Below are positions 57,200-64,000 of a DNA stretch of 64,000 nt, piece after piece; the stretch's first letter is position 1, and every line of letters starts with the position of its first letter. A model generated the notes under the pieces. It was not told where the DNA came from. It was given only the letters and a program-made list of their open reading frames with translations, and did not search any database. This DNA comes from Cycas panzhihuaensis. Lineage: Eukaryota > Plantae > Cycadophyta. The translations under genes were made by a program, and so were the position numbers. The stretch is taken from the NCBI GenBank assembly GCA_023213395.1, contig CM041465.1, forward strand, positions 39,005,741 through 39,069,740. The letters are read 5' to 3'.

Positions 57200-60100
57200 C
57201 CATAAAATTTATTTAGGAACTTATCATTTATGGCTTTATCGTACTCGATGCACTCTAACATGGTTATCCTATATGTGACATTATCGAGCCTTTCAAGGAT
57301 GACAAATGGCCTACCCATTTGGGGCCAAATTTAGATAGGCAATTATAAAGGTACTCTAGCTTGAGGACTTGGTGCCCAGGATTCAAGGGGTGAAGACGTA
57401 GACATTTGTCATATGTCCTTTGCGCCCTCACCTTGGATGCTAGGTTAGCTTGGTATGTAGCCAAGCATCTTTTATTCAAGGCCTCAAGGTTAAGGAGGTA
57501 GGCCTAACAATGACATTCCTCGTCAAACTCTTTAAGCGATACACTTAAAGAGAGGTTCTCGACCTGTAAAGGCAAAACTGCTTCAGTTCCATAGACTAAG
57601 GAGAAAGGCGTCATCCCAGTGGAAGTATGGATCAAAGTTCAATAGGCCTATAGAGTTGAGTAAAGCTAGATGTGCCAGTCCCTTTGAGATTAGGAAACAA
57701 TTTTCTTTAAGATGCTGATTAGGGTTTAATTAAAATATTCAATTTAGCCATTGGCTTGAGCATAGTAAGGAGATAAGGTCTTATGAGAGATCTTAAATTT
57801 CTCAAAAAGCTCATCCATCTTCTTATTATAAAAAGGAGTCCTTTTATCTATGATGAGGACATCTAGACCTCCAAATTGATAGATAATTTGAGGACATACG
57901 AAGGTGGAAATCAACTTATTGGTTGTAGAAGACAATAGTATAATTTCAGCCCATTTAGTGAAGATAAATTTATGTTGAGTTGAGAAAGGAGGAGTAATAG
58001 CTCTAATTAGATCCAATCCCTATTAGGATAAGGGCCATGGGGATACAACATGTAATGCCTTAGAGGGCTAATGGATAACATTAGCATGCTCTTGGCATTT
58101 GTGACAACATTGCACATAGGCATGGGCTTCCTTGAACAAGGATGGCTAATAGTATCCCATACGAAGGATTCTCTTGGCCATGGATTAGCCTCCAAAGTGG
58201 CCCCCATAAATACCACTATGGCACTCATGGAGAATCTGTTCAGTCTCCTTGGGATTAAGGTAATAGAGGAGAACACCATCAAAGGACTGGTTATATAATA
58301 CAACCTATATGAGGAAGTATTGTTAAGTGATAGCCCTAATATGCGACTTCATCTTATCATTAGCATTAGCTGGGTATTGTTGTTGAGTAAGGTATTATAT
58401 GATGTCCCCATACCATTTGTTATCAACTAATAGATAGGGGGATGGATTCTAGAGAGCTAGTATGGGCTCATCTGCTAATAAATCATTAATTGGGACCCTA
58501 AGAGAATTAGGGATGGGGGCATTAGCTAACTACTCCATGATGATCATCCCCTTCTTAGACTTCATGTTAATGATTCTAAGGTTATATTCTTGAAGGAGGA
58601 TATCCTATTTGCTTACCATTCCCATCAAGTCTGACTGAGTCAAGAGATATCTTAATGGATTAGATTGGATGATCATATGAGTAGTGTTTCCTAAGAGGTA
58701 GTGCCTAAATTTCTTAGTAATGTGGACTAATTCTTAGCACTCCTTTTCGATTGGCAGGTAGTTTAACTCTGTTGCCACCAATATGAAACTAATGAAATAG
58801 ATGGTCCTTTAAGTTTTAGATCATGTTCTTGGGTTGACATAGCTCCTAAGTATTCATTAGTCATCGAAGTGTATAAGATAAAAGGACAGTCAAAGATGGG
58901 AGGGCCCAGTATAGAGGTGGCTACAAGAGTCTGCTTGAGCTCTTGGAACACCTCTTGAGCCTTAGGAGATTAGATGAATTGGGTTCCCTTCTTCAACAAA
59001 TTAGTTAAGTGTTTGGTATTTATAGCAAAATTTGCCAAAAATAATCTCAAGAATCCCAATCTCCCTAAGAATGACTTAATTTGTCATTAAGTTCTTATGG
59101 GAGGTATCTTGACAATGGATTTAACCTTGTTGGGGTCAATTTGGATTCCTTCTTTAGAAACAAGGAAGCCTAAGAGTTTGCCAACTATCACCATAAAATG
59201 TATTTAAGTAGGTTTAAGCTGACACGATACTTGCAACACCTTATGAAGATAGCTCTAAGGTTTGTGGGATGATTAGCCCTCTTATAAGAGAGGCCCATCA
59301 TGTCATCCATAAAAACTTTAAGGGTTTTATTTATAAGATCATGAAAAATAAACTGCATTACCCTTTGGTAGGTGGCACTTGCATTCTTTAATCCAAAGGA
59401 CATTACCCTATAGGTAAATGTTCCCCATAGAGTAGTGAAGGTCATCTTATGAAAATCTTTGGGAGATATTTGAATTTGGTTATAACCAGAGAAGCTATCT
59501 ATTAAAGACATGACTTTATAGTTAGTGGTTTGATCAATAATTTAATCGATAAATGGGAGGGGGAAGTTATCCTTAGGATAAGCATTATTGATATCTTAGA
59601 AATCAACACAAATCCTAATCGTCCCCTTCTTTTTCGCGATACGCATAATGTTAGAGACCCACTTGGGGTAATCGATGGAAGTGATATGTCCTATATCTAA
59701 CAACTTTTCCACTTCGATTTTAATATCAATTGATAGCTAAGGATGTAAAAGGCATTACTTTTGCTGCACAGGATGAGCACCCTGGATGGTAGTGAGGTTG
59801 TGGGTGACAATGTTAGGATCTATACCCTTTATATCCAAGTAATCCCATGTAAAAATTCCACAAAATTCTTAGACTAATAGGGTGTATTCCTTCATCTCTT
59901 AGGGAGAGCACTATGCCCTAACCTTGATGACCATGGCAGGGAGAAGGACAATGTCCTTAGTTGCCCCTATGCACATGGTGTTTCATTCCTCAAAGTGATG
60001 GGAAGCTTGGTTAATTGGAGGGAGAAGGAGACTGTCTGGTTGGTTTAGGTCAACAAGGGATGACCTAAGAGCCAAACATTTCTGGAAACTGAGCCTCTAG

Positions 60101-63100
60101 TGGCTAGAAGATAAATTAAGTATGGAACCTACTAGGTGCTCTGATAAGACATTTCCATTCTTAAAGAAATGTATCTCATGGATAGTCTTACTTAACGGGA
60201 ATAGAGGAGGAGGCATGGGGATGACAGGCCTATAACGGCTAACCCACCACTCCACATAATCAAAGGACTCTTCAAAGGATTTTAAGGGTAACCTCTTATA
60301 CCACTACACCCTCCCCTATGGAGGGGGAAGCTAGCTAGGATCAGGGTCACAGACAATGGCCTTATCGTATGATAAGAGAGACTCCTTATCATTGTAATCT
60401 ATGAGGGATGGAGAGGATTGGGGAGTACGAGTTTACCGGATAGGTTGGGGGTCTATGCACATGATGAGGTTGATGGTGCATGGATCTTGGGATGAAGTAA
60501 GAGAGGCATTATCCTCATAATGGGTTATAGGTCGAGATGTAGGACATTGAGAAAGGTGAGAGGGATACCCCCTTCACGCATTCATGAGGGATATGGGATG
60601 GAGAGGATCCTTGCCATCGTCATTAGACTCTTAGTCACTCTTGACAATGAGGTACCCATAACGCCCAATACTAATAGGGGTGAAATAGATTAAGATAGAT
60701 GATGAGGGATGCATGTCCTATCCTTCTTAGGTGTTTTGAACACCAATAGAGCAAGTGATTGATGGGGTGGATGGATCCTCAACCACATCAGTTGACCCAA
60801 AGATTGCCTGGCAAGGTTGGTGAGGTGGTCGACCAAGGGGAGGCTCCTAAAGGATGACCTTCATTCATCCTTCATGAACAAATTTAAGTTGTACCTATAT
60901 AGAAGAATAAATTGCTCCTATTTGGTCAAGTTACATGCATCGTAATAAGAGGTTATAGTCTACATCTATGTTAAGGACTATAATATCTATTTGGATGATC
61001 TTATGCTCTAGGGTAAGGGGATCAACACCATTCCTAAGGGTACCTTCTTACTACCATCATATCCTTAGCACCGCCATTGGACTAGTTCAAGAGCCCTTAT
61101 CCCTAGCTCCTCTACCATATGAATCGATATGGCATTAATTAAGGAACTATTATCTACAACAATCCTTTTTAGGGTAAAATCAGGGGTGTCTATATTAATG
61201 GTGAAATTGTAGTGCCACTAATGTTTCCTTTCACTACTAGGAGGGAGATCCCTAGGGTCAAAAGTGATAAGGGGTCCCCCACTCGAGGTGGTATCTACCA
61301 AGTGAACTAGGGCATCCTCTTCACCTAAAGCCTCAAGGAGGAGGGTTCATTGCTTAGGGAAATTTTGCAAGATATCCATCATAGATATACCTGTGGCTAT
61401 AATATAAAGTTCTTCAACAATAGAAAGGTCTTTTCCTTCCCAGTAGGTTGGGGGAGTACTCTTCAAAAATCATATTACTCAAGATGGACTGGAATGGTCT
61501 TGGAGATCACAAGGATCTTCATAGGTATATTACCCTGAGAAGGGTTTTGTTGAGAGGTAAAGGCTTCGACAACCTCCTTCACTACTTGAGACCTTGTAAC
61601 ATGGTACAAGAGGGTAGTCTTAAGTATCTTAATCACTCTCTTCCCCTTATTTTTGGGTTGAGAGGATGATGGGTGTTGAGATATAAGGCTAAGTATAGTG
61701 GTTGGTTCCTATGACACCTTCCCCTTTGCTTAGTCGAAAGAGGGCTTAGGGGATCATCCCCTATTCCTTGCCCTCCTATTTTGAGTGAGTTAATCTTGTA
61801 CCCCATGGTTAGGAAATGGATCCCTATGGATATGATAGTCTAAATTGGATTGGAAGCCCTTTTAGAGGAGTCCTCATAGTGTGGCACAAGCTTAGAGTGT
61901 TGCATCTGGCATTAAGAGTCCTCTTGGAGGTACTCCCCATGCATGGGACACCATTTCTTCTTAGGAGAAGGTCTTACCTTCTTCCCTTGAGAAATCTGAG
62001 TGTTCTCACCTTTAGGTGGCACAGTGTGGGAGGCATGGTGAATAGGTCTATATGACTCAAAAGAGGACTAGGATTGTTGGAACTTTAGCTCCTTAATCAT
62101 ATGTTTAAAGGAACATACGATTGAGGTTAGGGGATCTAAGCTCTTATTAATTATGCTGGTAGGAGGCCTCAGAGGTTGTTGTTGGGCCTTTTATTCACAT
62201 GAAGGAGGAGCTATCTAATGATGTTGTGACTACTTTAGAGGATTCTTGAGACTAGCTTGGATCTTAATAGACTATAATGCCAAGCATTTAGCTATAGTAG
62301 AGTCATAGGCAATTGCCTCCACCTTAAGGACTTTAACATGAACTTCAGGGCAAAGGGCATTAACAAAAAGATCTAGCTTCAATTCCTTGGGTAACATGGC
62401 CTAGGAGTAATAATGGATATCATGAAAACACTTAAGAAAATCATGATTAAGCTCATTGTGAGCTTGTTTAAGAGAAAGTAGGGCTTTGACTTTACTTTTG
62501 AATGGGCGAGCTATGTCAAAGTAATTAACGAACTTGTCTACAAGCTATTGGAAAGTATGAGTAGAATGTATAGGGAGATGATATAACCACTAAAGGGTAT
62601 CTCCCTACAAACATCAAAGGAATAGTTTCATTAGAATGTGATCATAGGCCTAATAGTCGATACATGCCATGGAAAAGCCCCATACGTGCTCAGTTGGGTC
62701 ATGCGATGAGGTGCCATTAAATTTGGTCACTTTAGGAGGGTGATGCAGTAGGTTGGTCCTAAGGGCCTTAATGAAAAGATGATTTGAACTATAATCAATA
62801 AAGGGATGAGCCCTTGATTGAGCTAAATAGTCAACTCAAGATATGGATACCCGACTCTACCATAAGGAGGTTAGACATATGAAGAATAAGAATTCCCACC
62901 TGTTTAGTGGGAGGGGGCCATCCCCATTTGTGGGTAGGCTAGATAAGAAGCATGCAAGTGAGGGGGTCTCATCCCACTCTGAGAATGTGCCACATGGGTG
63001 GTGACAGAATGTGGGTATACCCCCTAAGGGGGTGACACATGGGAATGAGGGATATAAGGGGGAATGAATCCCCATTGTAAAAGACCTATGTATGAGGTTG

Positions 63101-64000
63101 TACACATAGGTGATGACGTGGGATAAGGAACAGGGTTATGCCCATAGAGTCCACTTAGGGGTGGTGCAACACCATAAGGATGGAGTGGATCTATCCCATA
63201 GGTAGGAAGAGGGTTAGGGCCTCCGTGTCCCAAAGGCTGTGATGTGTACCCTAGGGGTACATAGAGGGATGGGTCCATCAGTTATGGATGAGGGTGCATA
63301 GGGATAGATCCTTTGTGACCTAAGTTATAGGAGTGTAAAGGTACTTTAGGTCAAGTGGAAGGGGTATACACTATAATGGATTATGGCATAGTAGCCTGGC
63401 CAGGAGGGGGCATGCTCAATCCTATTTGAGAGATAGGCATACCCTAAGATGTCCCTTTAATCAAGGGAACATTCACAGATGAAAGAGCTACAAGAACGGA
63501 TCTTGTCACTAATTAAGGAATAGGTTGGGATGAAGCAGATACAAGGGAGTTAGAAGAAGGTAGGGTAGCACTCAGAAGGAGGCCCTGTAACTACTTTAGA
63601 GGTGGTTGGGCACTCGCAACCTTGAAACACTACCACAACGCTTCCACCACATCCATAGGAGGAGTTCCAACATGCTCATATGAGGTAGAAGGTTCCTTAT
63701 GCTGAGTGGAACTTGAGGGTTGCTCATCATGAGTCCTCTCACTAGGGTGAGAGCACACCATAAGATAAGATCCTCCTATGCCATGCATAGGATAAGGATG
63801 AAAATCTAAATATGTTTGATCATTTAGATAATAGATGGGATTGTCGCCCTCTTGGGTGGGATCCTAAGGAAGGTATGAAGTTTGTTGGACAACATTAGAG
63901 GAATGAGAATGGTATACCCAGTCTGATATATATCCCTCCATTATTGGTTTATAATTGAATGAAGCGATAAAGAAGTAGAGTGGTTCTTCTTCCATTGGAG
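57200..64000 (-). pseudogene. gag-pol: gag-pol of element H (INT ~57200-58400, RH ~58560-59000, RT ~59000-59950, PR ~60880-61220, gag ~62280-62760, Pro-rich N-terminus to window end)
   Basis: DSFSGYNQI, MSFGLKNASATYQR, FMDDMM, VVDNSSLIN, SPYYAQANG, DPLHPYGVAPP motifs. Confidence 0.92.

Overview
This is a gene-free, heavily C-to-T/G-to-A decayed plant nuclear window made almost entirely of nested retrotransposons. A gymnosperm host is my inference, from the Tat element layout and the plastid fragments. (A) A complete 17.9-kb Ty3/gypsy Tat element (123-18069, ~3.1-kb LTRs, TSD TAAAG) carries gag-PR-RT-RH-INT, then an antisense intron-containing plant-mobile-domain (PMD) gene and a separate archaeal-type RNase H. 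It sits inside the LTR of a related, oppositely oriented Tat element (X), which itself interrupts a copia (B). (C) B is also interrupted by a composite with 122-bp terminal repeats wrapped around a copia whose only LTR is flanked by both PPT and PBS. (E) A minus-strand copia is interrupted by a gag-only LTR element (F, TSD TAATT) and by a chromovirus (G). G is interrupted by a 243-bp-LTR non-autonomous element (D) and by a third Tat element (H). D's cargo includes a truncated L1 LINE and a mosaic of short plastid fragments (rpoC2, ndhB intron, psaA, rrn23). H's 3' LTR holds a 1.6-kb (AT)n array. No intact host gene is visible. The main leads are the PMD/aRH cassette with a shared palindromic motif, the co-oriented plastid mosaic, and recurrent LTR+PBS wrapper architectures. 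All identifications were made by eye and from recalled reference sequences; no search was run.
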